35,075 nt of DNA, taken from positions 1 to 35,075 of the IMG/VR virus record IMGVR_UViG_3300033814_000039. One strand, given 5' to 3'. Within the stretch, counting starts at the first letter, position 1. Each line of letters opens with the position of its first letter. A program made the position numbers and the translations under genes. Positions 25,430 to 33,254 of the stretch are shown here, piece by piece. The DNA comes from a virus (lineage: Duplodnaviria > Caudoviricetes). The notes beneath the pieces were generated by a model, which was given only the letters and a program-made list of their open reading frames with translations, did no database searches and had not been told where the DNA came from.

Positions 25430-26877
25430 TGCCCCCGCCCCCAGAAGCGCGCCTGGCCGCGAGTGAACCCGCCCGGCCCCACGCCAACGACCAGCGGCTC
25501 TTCCTCCGGCTCGCCCACGTCGGCGGCCTTCGCCCCCGACCCGGCCGCGGCCTGAAGCGCCAGGGCGAGGGCCCAGGCGTGGTCCGCATGACCCGTCGTC
25601 TCCGAGCGGTCGGCGTCGAAGCGGAAGTTCCCCGTCGCCGTCTGAAACCGCTTGAGGCTGTGCAGGCTCTCTCGGACCCGGCGGTCCACGGGGATCCGCA
25701 CGCGGCGATCTTCGAGCGCGGTCTTGAGCCCCACCGCCAGGGCCTCCTTGGCCGACCCGGTGAAGGTGATCCCCTCCACCCGCCAGGCGCCGAAGCGCTC
25801 GATGGCGCGCTCGGCGAGCTGCATCCCCAGGCCCGATTGGTCCACGTCGGCCCGGCGGACGGGCAGGCGCGCGAGGAGCGTCCAGAGCACGCGCTCTTGG
25901 ACGCCGAACGGCTGCCGCGCCAGATCGATGGCCGCGACCGTCTCCTTCGCGGGGCCACGATCTCCCAGGAGCCAGATCACCGTCAGATCGCGGCGGCGGC
26001 CGATATCGAGCCCCACGAAGGCCTCGCCGGCCAGGCTCGGGAGCTCGACATTCATGAGAGGCTGCACCTCGAGGGGCGCCCGGGCGTGGGCGGCCTGCGC
26101 CGCCTCAACCAGCGCCTGGGCCCAGGGCGGCATCGCGGCCAGCGCGTCATCTTCGGCCTCGGCGATCAGCTCGTAGGAGAGCCAGGCCGTCGCCTCGTCG
26201 AGGAACTGGACCTCATACTCCTGGAGCCACGCCTCCTCATCGTCGAGCCCCGCCCGGAGCGCCGCGGGACTCGTCGGCTGCCCCGTCTCGTCCCGGAGCT
26301 CCAATCCCTGGGCGACGGCGTCCCAGATCGTGAGCACGTGCTGGGCGTACTCCGGGTTCGTGCTGAGGTCGTAGAACTTGTTCTGCTTGCCCTGGGGCGT
26401 GGACAGCACCCGGATCCGCCAGCCGCGGGTGATGGTCGGGAAGAGCGCGGCCCAGATCTTCCGGCTGTCCCGGTGGAACGCGAATTCGTCCAGGACCACG
26501 TTGGCCGAGTGCCCGCGAGCCGTGTCGGGGTTCGCCGGCAGCCCGATCAGGCGTCCGCCGTTCGGCAGGCGCAGCTCGTGGACCTTGTAGGTCGCCTCCC
26601 CGAACACGTCATAACCCTCGAGGGCCTGGGCGCCTGCGCCGATGGCGTGCAGATGCCGCTGGGTCATCTCGACGTTCTCCCGCGAGGCGCGCTCGCCCGA
26701 GGAGAGCAGGACCCAGGGCGCGCCCGCTTCGGCCATGTCGAGGGCGGGCTCGAGCGTTCCCGCGAAGGTCTTCCCCGTCTGGCGCGCCCAGCGGGCGAGC
26801 TTGAAGCGGGCCCGGTCCGCGACCCAGCGCCGCTGGTACTCCGTCAAGCGGACGATGCTCTCAGGCGGGGATCCCAT
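25426..26877 (-). CDS. terL: Terminase large subunit (Mu gp28-like, 483 aa)
   Basis: YQRRW, Walker A ARQTGKT, Walker B VVLDEFAFH, STPQG, nuclease motifs GLDIGRRRD and HADHAWALAL. Confidence 0.93.
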   Translation of the reverse strand: MGSPPESIVRLTEYQRRWVADRARFKLARWARQTGKTFAGTLEPALDMAEAGAPWVLLSSGERASRENVEMTQRHLHAIGAGAQALEGYDVFGEATYKVHELRLPNGGRLIGLPANPDTARGHSANVVLDEFAFHRDSRKIWAALFPTITRGWRIRVLSTPQGKQNKFYDLSTNPEYAQHVLTIWDAVAQGLELRDETGQPTSPAALRAGLDDEEAWLQEYEVQFLDEATAWLSYELIAEAEDDALAAMPPWAQALVEAAQAAHARAPLEVQPLMNVELPSLAGEAFVGLDIGRRRDLTVIWLLGDRGPAKETVAAIDLARQPFGVQERVLWTLLARLPVRRADVDQSGLGMQLAERAIERFGAWRVEGITFTGSAKEALAVGLKTALEDRRVRIPVDRRVRESLHSLKRFQTATGNFRFDADRSETTGHADHAWALALALQAAAGSGAKAADVGEPEEEPLVVGVGPGGFTRGQARFWGRGQ

Positions 26878-27412
26878 AGATCTCCTCCTTGATCCGGCGC
26901 ACCGTCTCCGGATCGAGCTTCGCCCGCTTCAACTCCTTCTCCACCTTGCCCGCCGCCTGGCCCACCTTGCGCTCGAGGGTGCGCTCACGGAGCGCCACCT
27001 CCCGCTCCTTGAGGCGGAGCTTCCGGTCTTCCACGTCGAGCCACCCCAGCTCCACCGGGTTGGGCCGCTTGTCCTCCGTCATGGCGTTCAAGCGCTGGGC
27101 CTGGAGGAGCTGCCGGATCACCGCTTCGATCTCCGGCGTGGGATGGTCCTTGAAGGCCCGGACCAGCTCCTCCGTCCGCTCGGCCGCCTCGATCTGCGGC
27201 CGTTGCGTCGTGTCCCACCATTCCCGATAGCGATTCAACGAGGCCGTGGGGATCGTTTCCTCGAACGTGGCCGCGAGGGCCGCCACGATCGCCGTGGTGG
27301 CATCGTTGGCGCGGAACCCTTCCACGGCCCGCTGGCGCGCCGCGGCCGACAGGCGATAGAACGCCCGGTGATGCGGCCGGTGCTTCCAGGGCGCCCCTTT
27401 CCGTCGGCTCAT
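26861..27412 (-). CDS. terS: Terminase small subunit (Mu gp27 / DUF3486-like, 183 aa)
   Basis: Directly upstream of terL; N-terminal HTH-like region (IPTASLNRY); C-terminal LDPETVRRIKEEIYGI. Confidence 0.8.
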   Translation of the reverse strand: MSRRKGAPWKHRPHHRAFYRLSAAARQRAVEGFRANDATTAIVAALAATFEETIPTASLNRYREWWDTTQRPQIEAAERTEELVRAFKDHPTPEIEAVIRQLLQAQRLNAMTEDKRPNPVELGWLDVEDRKLRLKEREVALRERTLERKVGQAAGKVEKELKRAKLDPETVRRIKEEIYGIPA

Positions 27413-27424
27413 CGGGCCGGCTCG

Positions 27425-27745
27425 TCATGCACCGGCGACGCCCGGCACGGTCTTCGTGCCCTCCAGCACGTCCACGCCGTCGGCCGTGATCCGCCAGGCC
27501 CAGTAATGCTCCCGGCCGATCTTCGTCTCGTGGAGCTTCACCAGGGTCTTGTCTCGCAGGTAGAAGAGATGGGCGCGGACCTGGCTCATCAGCATCGGCA
27601 TCCCCATCTTGTCGAGCTGCCGCTGGATCAGCTCCTCGGCCGTGTACGTCGAGGGATCCTCCGTCCGTTCCCGGTCCCGCGTCCGCGCCGCGTCGAGAAC
27701 CATGAGGATGTACCGCCGGATCAGCTCAGCTCGCGCGTCCGCCAT
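27425..27745 (-). CDS. Mu gp26-like winged-helix protein (106 aa)
   Basis: RRYILMVL...VRAHLFYLRDKTLV...ITADGVDVLEGTKTVPGV pattern; lies before terS. Confidence 0.75.
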   Translation of the reverse strand: MADARAELIRRYILMVLDAARTRDRERTEDPSTYTAEELIQRQLDKMGMPMLMSQVRAHLFYLRDKTLVKLHETKIGREHYWAWRITADGVDVLEGTKTVPGVAGA

Positions 27746-28070
27746 CGGGCACCCGCTTCTTCAGCTCGGCCAGCTCCCGCAGGATCAGCTCCTGACCGAT
27801 CAGGAGGTCCTGGAACTTGAATTCATCCCGCCGAGGCACTTCGTGGAGCTCCCGCGCCAGCATCGCCATCGCGTCGGCCTGCTTTTGCGCCGCCCGGACG
27901 AACGGGGGCACCGATTGTGCGATCACGAGAAAGATCAAGAGCCCGGGGCCCCACTTGAGGAGCAGCTCGCGCATCTCCGGGCCCACGTCGCCCCAGACCG
28001 CTGCGCCCGTGAACGCCGCGAGGGCGCCCCATGGCAGGAGCTCCTTGGCGAGCGCCCGCGTGCGCTCCAT
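27726..28070 (-). CDS. Membrane protein, holin candidate (114 aa)
   Basis: Two hydrophobic segments followed by a charged coiled-coil tail; within the lysis cassette. Confidence 0.55.
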   Translation of the reverse strand: MERTRALAKELLPWGALAAFTGAAVWGDVGPEMRELLLKWGPGLLIFLVIAQSVPPFVRAAQKQADAMAMLARELHEVPRRDEFKFQDLLIGQELILRELAELKKRVPDGGRAS

Positions 28071-28168
28071 CAGCCGCACCAGCTCTGGCGGGCCCGGCCA
28101 TCGTAGGGCCGCGCCAGCCCGGCCTCGACCAGAACGCCCGCGCCCGCGCAGAACACCGCCCGCGTCAT
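28070..28168 (-). pseudogene. 32-aa remnant resembling the C-terminus of a thermonuclease (SNase-like) protein
   Basis: MTRAVFCAGAGVLVEAGLARPYDGRARQSWCG; the LxxxGLARxYDGxxRxxWC ending is typical of SNase-like nucleases. Confidence 0.5.
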
Positions 28169-28470
28169 AGCGGCCCCGGCCCCGCGACGGTTCGGGCGAG
28201 ATCGACGGCCCGATCCGCCAGCTCCTCTTCGAGCGCCGCCTTCCGGTCGGGATCCGATTCCAAGAGGACCGTGTCCAGCAGGCGACGGATCTCTTGTCGG
28301 AGCTTCCGGATTTCCTCGGTCTGATCTGTCTGCGCCCCCCGATCTTCCCACCGCTGGTAGATGCTGATGCCGCTGGAGAGGAGCCCGCCGATCCCGAAGA
28401 CGATCTCGACGCATCCCCCGAGGGGCAGCGCCAGGGCGATGACGAAGAGCCCGGCCAGGGCGCGCCTCAC
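28165..28470 (-). CDS. Lipoprotein (101 aa), spanin candidate
   Basis: MRRALAGLFVIALALPLGG|C lipobox; +2 residue is Val; coiled-coil C-terminus. Confidence 0.7.
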   Translation of the reverse strand: MRRALAGLFVIALALPLGGCVEIVFGIGGLLSSGISIYQRWEDRGAQTDQTEEIRKLRQEIRRLLDTVLLESDPDRKAALEEELADRAVDLARTVAGPGPL

Positions 28471-28712
28471 GGGATCCTCGATTCACAGACGAGCCGGCCC
28501 TCGATCCCCCAGTCCCGATGGACGTCCGCCAGCCGCGCTCGCGTCCTGACCGGCGGCGATGCCGGCGGCGGCGCCTGGACCACGGGCGCGGAGGGCGGCG
28601 GCACGACGATGACGTCTGGCCGCAGGCTCCACCGATCCAGCGCAAAGGCGGCCGCGATGAGCAGGGCCAGGACGAGAACCCGACCGAACGCCCCCAACCC
28701 CGGGACCTTCAC
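28467..28712 (-). CDS. Single-TM, proline-rich protein (81 aa), spanin candidate
   Basis: GTGA coupling; VLVLALLIAAAFAL TM segment followed by VVPPPSAPVVQAPPPASPP. Confidence 0.6.
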   Translation of the reverse strand: MKVPGLGAFGRVLVLALLIAAAFALDRWSLRPDVIVVPPPSAPVVQAPPPASPPVRTRARLADVHRDWGIEGRLVCESRIP

Positions 28713-29155
28713 GCCACGGCCTCCGTCTCCAGCTCCGGCCGCCGCCGAGCGAACTGCCAGAACGGCGACTGCGTCGGGCGATCGCGCCCGGGCGGCTCGA
28801 GCACCCGACCCGTGTCGAACTCGCTGATCACCACGCCCGCGATCGAATCCCGCGCCTCCACCACGCGCCCGTCGCCGAGCGACACGCCCACGTGCCAGCG
28901 CGGTGAGGACCGAAAGACGAGCGCGCCCGCCAGACCCCGCGCCTCCGTCAGCGTGCAGACGATCCCCTGGCGGGCCTGGTTGGAGGAGCCATCCGGCATC
29001 GAGAGACCGATCTGGCGGGCCGCGTACTCGATCAGCTCCGAGCAGTCCCACGGCCCCTTGGCGTTCGGGTCTTGGAGGGTTACCTCGGCGCCGTAGGAAT
29101 AGCGCTCGCCGACGTGGCGCAGCAGCTCATCGACGAAGCGCTGGGCCTGTTTCAT
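28709..29155 (-). CDS. NlpC/P60-family peptidoglycan hydrolase, putative endolysin (148 aa)
   Basis: YSYGA...WDCSEL (catalytic Cys) and GALVF...HVGVSLGDGRVVEA (His); first late gene. Confidence 0.8.
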   Translation of the reverse strand: MKQAQRFVDELLRHVGERYSYGAEVTLQDPNAKGPWDCSELIEYAARQIGLSMPDGSSNQARQGIVCTLTEARGLAGALVFRSSPRWHVGVSLGDGRVVEARDSIAGVVISEFDTGRVLEPPGRDRPTQSPFWQFARRRPELETEAVA

Positions 29156-29220
29156 TACGGCCCAGGCTACGGCGGATCGGCGACGAGGGATGAAAACCGT
29201 GGGGGCGGTGAGAAAGAAAC
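29156..29220 (-). promoter_or_regulatory. Candidate late (lysis) promoter region
   Basis: One of the few non-coding gaps, at the early/late boundary. TAGCCT (-10-like, 29169-29164) lies 8 nt before the ATG; no SD and no good -35. Confidence 0.4.
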
Positions 29221-29412
29221 TTAGCGGGAGCGGGGGGGGCGGGAAAGGTCCGGGAAGCGCGTGTGGAAGAGCTCGATCGGGATCCGATAGAGCCCCCCGA
29301 TCCGGATGGAGGGGATCTCGCCGTCCTCCAGGCGCCGGTAGACCGACATCAAGCTGATCCGAAGGATCCGGGCGACTTCCTCGGGCCTATAGGTCTGGCG
29401 TTCGATCCTCAT
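29221..29412 (-). CDS. HTH_17 / excisionase-like DNA-binding protein (63 aa)
   Basis: TYRPEEVARILRISLMSVYRRLEDGEIPSIRIGGLYRIP is a classic HTH_17 signature; ATGA coupling. Confidence 0.85.
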   Translation of the reverse strand: MRIERQTYRPEEVARILRISLMSVYRRLEDGEIPSIRIGGLYRIPIELFHTRFPDLSRPPRSR

Positions 29413-30143
29413 GCCACGCTCCGGCGGCGGAGCCAGGGATTCCGCTGCAGGAGCATCCGGCCCTCCTGGAGGCTCTGGAAGCACCGCTGGACCAAGTCCA
29501 GGGCCTCGGCCTGGCTCGGGGTCCCTTCCAGGCTCAGCAGCTCGAGGCGCACCTGCTGGATCGTCCGATCGGACCCCGTCGCCAGTTTCCAGGCCCGCCG
29601 AAGCCTCCGCTCGGCCCAGTATGCCCGGCGCTGACACCGGACGCATTTGCGCGAGATCGAGCGGCCGGGCCGTTCACCACAGGCCACGCAGGGGCCGTGA
29701 TAGCGCGGACGCGCCCCGTGCGCCCGCTTCCAGTCGCGGTTGTAGCAGCTGGTACACCGGCCGTCCTTGTACTTCGAGGGCTTCCCACAGGCGCACCGCC
29801 GCTCCGCCATGGACTCTGCACTGTCGCGGTGCACATTCTCAGAAGTCGCCTCGCCCTCGAACGGCGCCGCCGGCGCCGCGGGGACCGGGCCGGGCATGAC
29901 CAGACGGACTCCATAGCGGGCCTTGAGCGTTGCCGTCGCCCGGGGATCCCCGCGGCGCGCCCCAGCCAGCAGGCGTTTCCGGCGTCGCGCTTCGTCTTCA
30001 GGGATGAGCGGCTGCCGATAGCCCTTCGCGTAGGCGTTCCGAAGACGCTCGGACTGGCGCATCTCGGTGGTGACCGACTTGGCCACCAGCTCCATCGGCA
30101 CCGCTCCATCGGGCAGATCGTGCGCCGCGCCAAAGACTCTCAC
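29409..30143 (-). CDS. Cys-rich putative zinc-finger protein (244 aa)
   Basis: CAC, CTSC, CVAC and CVRC motifs; Arg-rich; start uncertain. Confidence 0.6.
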   Translation of the reverse strand: MRVFGAAHDLPDGAVPMELVAKSVTTEMRQSERLRNAYAKGYRQPLIPEDEARRRKRLLAGARRGDPRATATLKARYGVRLVMPGPVPAAPAAPFEGEATSENVHRDSAESMAERRCACGKPSKYKDGRCTSCYNRDWKRAHGARPRYHGPCVACGERPGRSISRKCVRCQRRAYWAERRLRRAWKLATGSDRTIQQVRLELLSLEGTPSQAEALDLVQRCFQSLQEGRMLLQRNPWLRRRSVA

Positions 30144-30171
30144 AGGAGCGTCCCCGAAGTCGCCGGCGCGA

Positions 30172-30444
30172 TCACGGCGCCGCCAGTTTTTCCATCCGCT
30201 TGAGGAGCCCGGTGAGCCGGCGCGCCTCGACGATCGTGAGCTTCGAGATCGCGCGCGTGCGCTCGTCGGAGGCCCACTCCACCAAGTCGTGGAGCTGCTC
30301 GTCTCGAAGCCCCAGCCGGCCGGTGACGGCGAAGATCAGCCGCCGCTGACCGGGGCGGATCCGGATCGCCTGGGCCTTAAGCGCCTCGAAGTTCCGCTGC
30401 TGCAGCGCGGCGAGGGTGGCCCGGATCGGCTGCGGAGCACTCAC
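30172..30444 (-). CDS. Short GemA/DUF1018-like protein (90 aa; start GTG, MSAPQPIR)
   Basis: QRRLIFA...LGLRDEQLHDLV...ISKLTIVEARRLTGLL resembles the GemA N-terminal half. Confidence 0.6.
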   Translation of the reverse strand: MSAPQPIRATLAALQQRNFEALKAQAIRIRPGQRRLIFAVTGRLGLRDEQLHDLVEWASDERTRAISKLTIVEARRLTGLLKRMEKLAAP

Positions 30445-30908
30445 GCGGGCTCCTTCGGCAGCTCGCCGGCGGCCGCGCGCGCCAGGACGGCCTTGAGGGC
30501 TTCGATCATCTTCTCCGCGTCGTGAGAGGTCTGAGGCGCCGGCCGGCCGCAGGCCCGCTGCATCACGCCGGCCAGATAGGGGGAGGAGACGCCGGCCTCC
30601 AGGCAGTCCCGCGTGAGCTGGGCGAGGCGTTCCCGCTGGGCCGGGGTCGCGAGCATCGCCACGGCGCCCGCCTCGGCGAGCCGCCGTACCCGCCGGCGAT
30701 CGCGCTCGAGCGGGCGCGTGGGGACCTGGCCCGCCCGGCGCTTCAGCTCGTCGATCACGCGATCGGCCTCCTCGTTGGTGAGGTCGCGGAATGAGGTCTT
30801 CCCGGGGCAGTACTCGACCACCAGACGCTCTTTGTCCTGGACGCTCAGCTTGAGCTTCCCGTAGGCCAGCGCCGCCATGCAATTGACCCGACCCGCCGTC
30901 GGCGCCAT
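30441..30908 (-). CDS. gemA: GemA (Mu gp16 / DUF1018)-like protein (155 aa; start MAPTAGR)
   Basis: GKTSFRDLTNEEADRVIDELK, ATPAQRERL and AEKMIEALK motifs. Confidence 0.7.
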   Translation of the reverse strand: MAPTAGRVNCMAALAYGKLKLSVQDKERLVVEYCPGKTSFRDLTNEEADRVIDELKRRAGQVPTRPLERDRRRVRRLAEAGAVAMLATPAQRERLAQLTRDCLEAGVSSPYLAGVMQRACGRPAPQTSHDAEKMIEALKAVLARAAAGELPKEPA

Positions 30909-31051
30909 CAGCCCTCCGCGAACCTTTTCCGGGCGCGGGCCACGGCCTTCATGAAGTGCTCTCCGAGCCGAGACCGCAGGAGCCACCGCAAGCGCCGGCG
31001 CCATCGCGCCTGGGCTGCATAGTACGAGATCATGTCCCTCGAGGTCCTCAT
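30908..31051 (-). CDS. Small basic hypothetical protein (47 aa)
   Basis: ATGA and TGATG coupling on both sides. Confidence 0.55.
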   Translation of the reverse strand: MRTSRDMISYYAAQARWRRRLRWLLRSRLGEHFMKAVARARKRFAEG

Positions 31052-31371
31052 CGCAGCTCCCAGATCGTGATGAGCCGGCCATTGTTCCGGAGCAACGTCG
31101 AGGGCGTTCGCCCGCGCGCCCGCCATACCGGCCGGCCCCGGTCGTCCAGCTCCTTGAAGATCGCCCCCCACACGTGAGGATCCGGGTCATCCACGCCCCG
31201 GACCTTGGCGACGGTCCGGAGATCGTCCGTCGTGACCCGCCCCACGCGGCGGCAGATCGTCCGCGCTTCCTCGCGCATGGCCTGGAGAAAGCCGGCGTAG
31301 TGCGCCTCCAGGCGCCCGAGCGCCTGGTCGCGCTTTTGAAGACCCCGATTGAAGAGATCGGTCTGCATCAT
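31048..31371 (-). CDS. Hypothetical phage protein (107 aa; start MMQTDLF)
   Basis: ATGA coupling; VTTDDLR...PHVWGAIF motif, possibly a winged helix. Confidence 0.65.
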   Translation of the reverse strand: MMQTDLFNRGLQKRDQALGRLEAHYAGFLQAMREEARTICRRVGRVTTDDLRTVAKVRGVDDPDPHVWGAIFKELDDRGRPVWRARGRTPSTLLRNNGRLITIWELR

Positions 31372-31589
31372 CGCTTCCGTGAGGCCGGACGGGGGACCTG
31401 TTCCACTCGACACGCAGGCCGGACTTCGACCAGCGCGCCGGCCGAGTTCTGAATGCTGGCCACCCAAAAGCCGCCGCTCTTGGGATTCCGGGTGTAGAGC
31501 TCCCAGGCGGCACTGTCGGTTTTGTACACGAGCCAGTTCGCCTCGTTGTAGGTGATCGACAGGCCCGAAGGGTACCGCACCGTCATCAT
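31368..31589 (-). CDS. Hypothetical protein (73 aa)
   Basis: GAGG RBS; coupled to the next gene. Confidence 0.65.
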   Translation of the reverse strand: MMTVRYPSGLSITYNEANWLVYKTDSAAWELYTRNPKSGGFWVASIQNSAGALVEVRPACRVEQVPRPASRKR

Positions 31590-31593
31590 GGCC

Positions 31594-31803
31594 TCACCTC
31601 AACCCCAGCGGCGCCAGCGCCTCAGCCAGCCGGCGCTCCAGGTCCTGGAGATCCGGCTGGCCTTCCGTCCGGAGCCACAGTTTGATCAGGACGGGCTCGC
31701 CGGCTTTGGCCCGGTTGATGGCGTCGCCGGCCGGCAGCTCATGGTCCAGGTCCGGCTCGACGCGCCCCGGGCGTCCCTTCACCGCGTAGAAGTCGATCTT
31801 CAC
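31594..31803 (-). CDS. Hypothetical protein (69 aa)
   Basis: GTGA overlap with the stop of the frameshifted upstream ORF. Confidence 0.6.
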   Translation of the reverse strand: MKIDFYAVKGRPGRVEPDLDHELPAGDAINRAKAGEPVLIKLWLRTEGQPDLQDLERRLAEALAPLGLR

Positions 31804-32014
31804 TCGCCGAGCTGCTCCAGGGCCGCGATCGCGGCGTCGATCTGGGCGCGCTGCTCCCGCAGCCGCGTCAGCACGTTCCTAACCGCCCCCCCCCCCCCGA
31901 CGTTTTCACGCGGCGCGGGCGCCGAGGCGGGCGCGCTTTCTCGACGGCGTTCTTCGGGCAGCCCCGTTTGTTATGCCCCGTCTGTCCGCACGCCTTGCAT
32001 GTTTGCGTCCGCAT
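31800..32014 (-). CDS. CCHC zinc-knuckle protein split by a G13 homopolymer (out of frame as assembled); alternative start at 32065
   Basis: CKACGQTGHNKRGC matches CX2CX4HX4C. After G13 (31886-31898) the shifted frame reads AVRNVLTRLREQRAQIDAAIAALEQLGE* and ends in a GTGA overlap with the next gene. Confidence 0.65.
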
Positions 32015-32064
32015 CGGCATCTCCCTTCGTGGCTGCGGGTTGACCTCATGAACGAACTCCAGCA

Positions 32065-32547
32065 TCACTCGACGGCGACCCGCTGGTCGTCGATCTCGTA
32101 CCAGAACTGGTCGCGGCTTCGCACCCGGGCTCCGCAGGCCTTGAGCACTTCCGGCGGCGCGTCCCGGAGCGTCTCCTTGTTCAGCTCGTGCTTGACCCGG
32201 AGGTAGGCCCACCGTTTCGACTCGACGAGCCAGGCGATGGCCTTCTTCACGGAGCGGATCCCGACCTCATGGACCAGGAGGAATCCCACCCGGCCAAAGG
32301 TCAACTGCTTCGAGCGCCCGGCCAGGTCCTCCTGGTGCGTCAGCGCGAAGCGATGCAGTTCGGCTTCGAGCGCGGCAATCCGGTCCAGGATCGGCGCGCC
32401 CTGCCGGTCGCAGTCCGCCTTGGCCCGCTGCACCTGGTCATCGCGGGCGATCGCCAACGTCTCGAGTTGCCGCCGGCCGAGCGCCAGGTTCGCCAGCACC
32501 TGGTCGGCCTCCTCCCAGGTCGTGATCTTTTCGAGGGTCTTCATCAT
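32065..32547 (-). CDS. gam: Mu Gam-like host-nuclease inhibitor (160 aa)
   Basis: ITTWEEADQVL...RSKQLTFGRVGF...YLRVKHELNKETL...DQFWYE; AAGGAG RBS. Confidence 0.85.
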   Translation of the reverse strand: MMKTLEKITTWEEADQVLANLALGRRQLETLAIARDDQVQRAKADCDRQGAPILDRIAALEAELHRFALTHQEDLAGRSKQLTFGRVGFLLVHEVGIRSVKKAIAWLVESKRWAYLRVKHELNKETLRDAPPEVLKACGARVRSRDQFWYEIDDQRVAVE

Positions 32548-32824
32548 GGCTCTCCTTGTCCGCCGGGGCGATGGCCCGCACCCGCCGGACCGTATCATCG
32601 ATCCCTTCAAGAATCTTCCGCGCTCGCCGGATCGCCAGGTCATGGAGCGGCTGGATGGCGACCAGGTCCGTTCGGGCCAGGCACTCCAGCACATGGAGCA
32701 GGGTCTCGGCGTGAACCCGTGGGGACTGGAGGCCGTTGCCAATCTCGTGCTGGACGTCCGAGAACCGGACGAGCCGGTCCGAGGGGGCGAGGATCTCCAG
32801 AAGGGTCCGCGGCGTGTCGGTCAC
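32438..32824 (-). CDS. Hypothetical protein (128 aa; start GTG, MTDTPRTLL)
   Basis: GTGA coupling; the 3' end overlaps gam by ~110 nt. Confidence 0.5.
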   Translation of the reverse strand: MTDTPRTLLEILAPSDRLVRFSDVQHEIGNGLQSPRVHAETLLHVLECLARTDLVAIQPLHDLAIRRARKILEGIDDTVRRVRAIAPADKESHDEDPRKDHDLGGGRPGAGEPGARPAATRDVGDRPR

Positions 32825-33009
32825 GCGGCCCTCCGGATCCGGCGCGGGCGCCGGGCAGCCCGCCGCCGGTCCCACCAGGCCTGGAGGACATCGGCGAGCG
32901 CGGCGACCGCCATCGCGAGCACAACGGCGCCCGCGTAGATCACGATGAACCAGAAGCCCAGCTCGAGGTCGCCCTCCGCCGAGCCTGTCCAGAATTGGAT
33001 CCTCGTCAT
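32821..33009 (-). CDS. Small membrane protein (62 aa)
   Basis: AGGAGG RBS, ATGA coupling, TM segment FWFIVIYAGAVVLAMAVAALA, Arg-rich tail. Confidence 0.6.
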   Translation of the reverse strand: MTRIQFWTGSAEGDLELGFWFIVIYAGAVVLAMAVAALADVLQAWWDRRRAARRPRRIRRAA

Positions 33010-33254
33010 CGCAGCGCCTCCTGCTTCGGCGGCTTCCAATTCTTCCACCACTTCGGGAGCCCGAGCCGCCCCATCAGCGCGTCCACCTGATCCCGCGCCA
33101 ACTGCAGGCGCGCCTCCTGTTCCTCCCAGCGGACCTGCTGCACGCGCGACTCATATCGGGCGTGGAGCCATGTCTCCCGCCAGCCCCCCGCCAGCAGGAG
33201 GCACGCCGCCAGGAGCGCTGCAATCGACAGCCAGTATCGGCGCGGCGTGATCAT
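33006..33254 (-). CDS. Small membrane-anchored protein (82 aa)
   Basis: ATGA coupling; N-terminal TM segment WLSIAALLAACLLLAGGW. Confidence 0.6.
   Translation of the reverse strand: MITPRRYWLSIAALLAACLLLAGGWRETWLHARYESRVQQVRWEEQEARLQLARDQVDALMGRLGLPKWWKNWKPPKQEALR

Noticed and set aside
12401-26892. Long plus-strand ORFs (e.g. 12401-14704, 20048-21805, 23997-25355, 25279-26892)
   Set aside because: They are antisense shadows of well-supported minus-strand genes in high-GC DNA, with no recognisable motifs.
29221-29412. Excisionase of an integrase-type prophage
   Set aside because: No integrase or att core is visible in the window, and the element has transposable-phage hallmarks.
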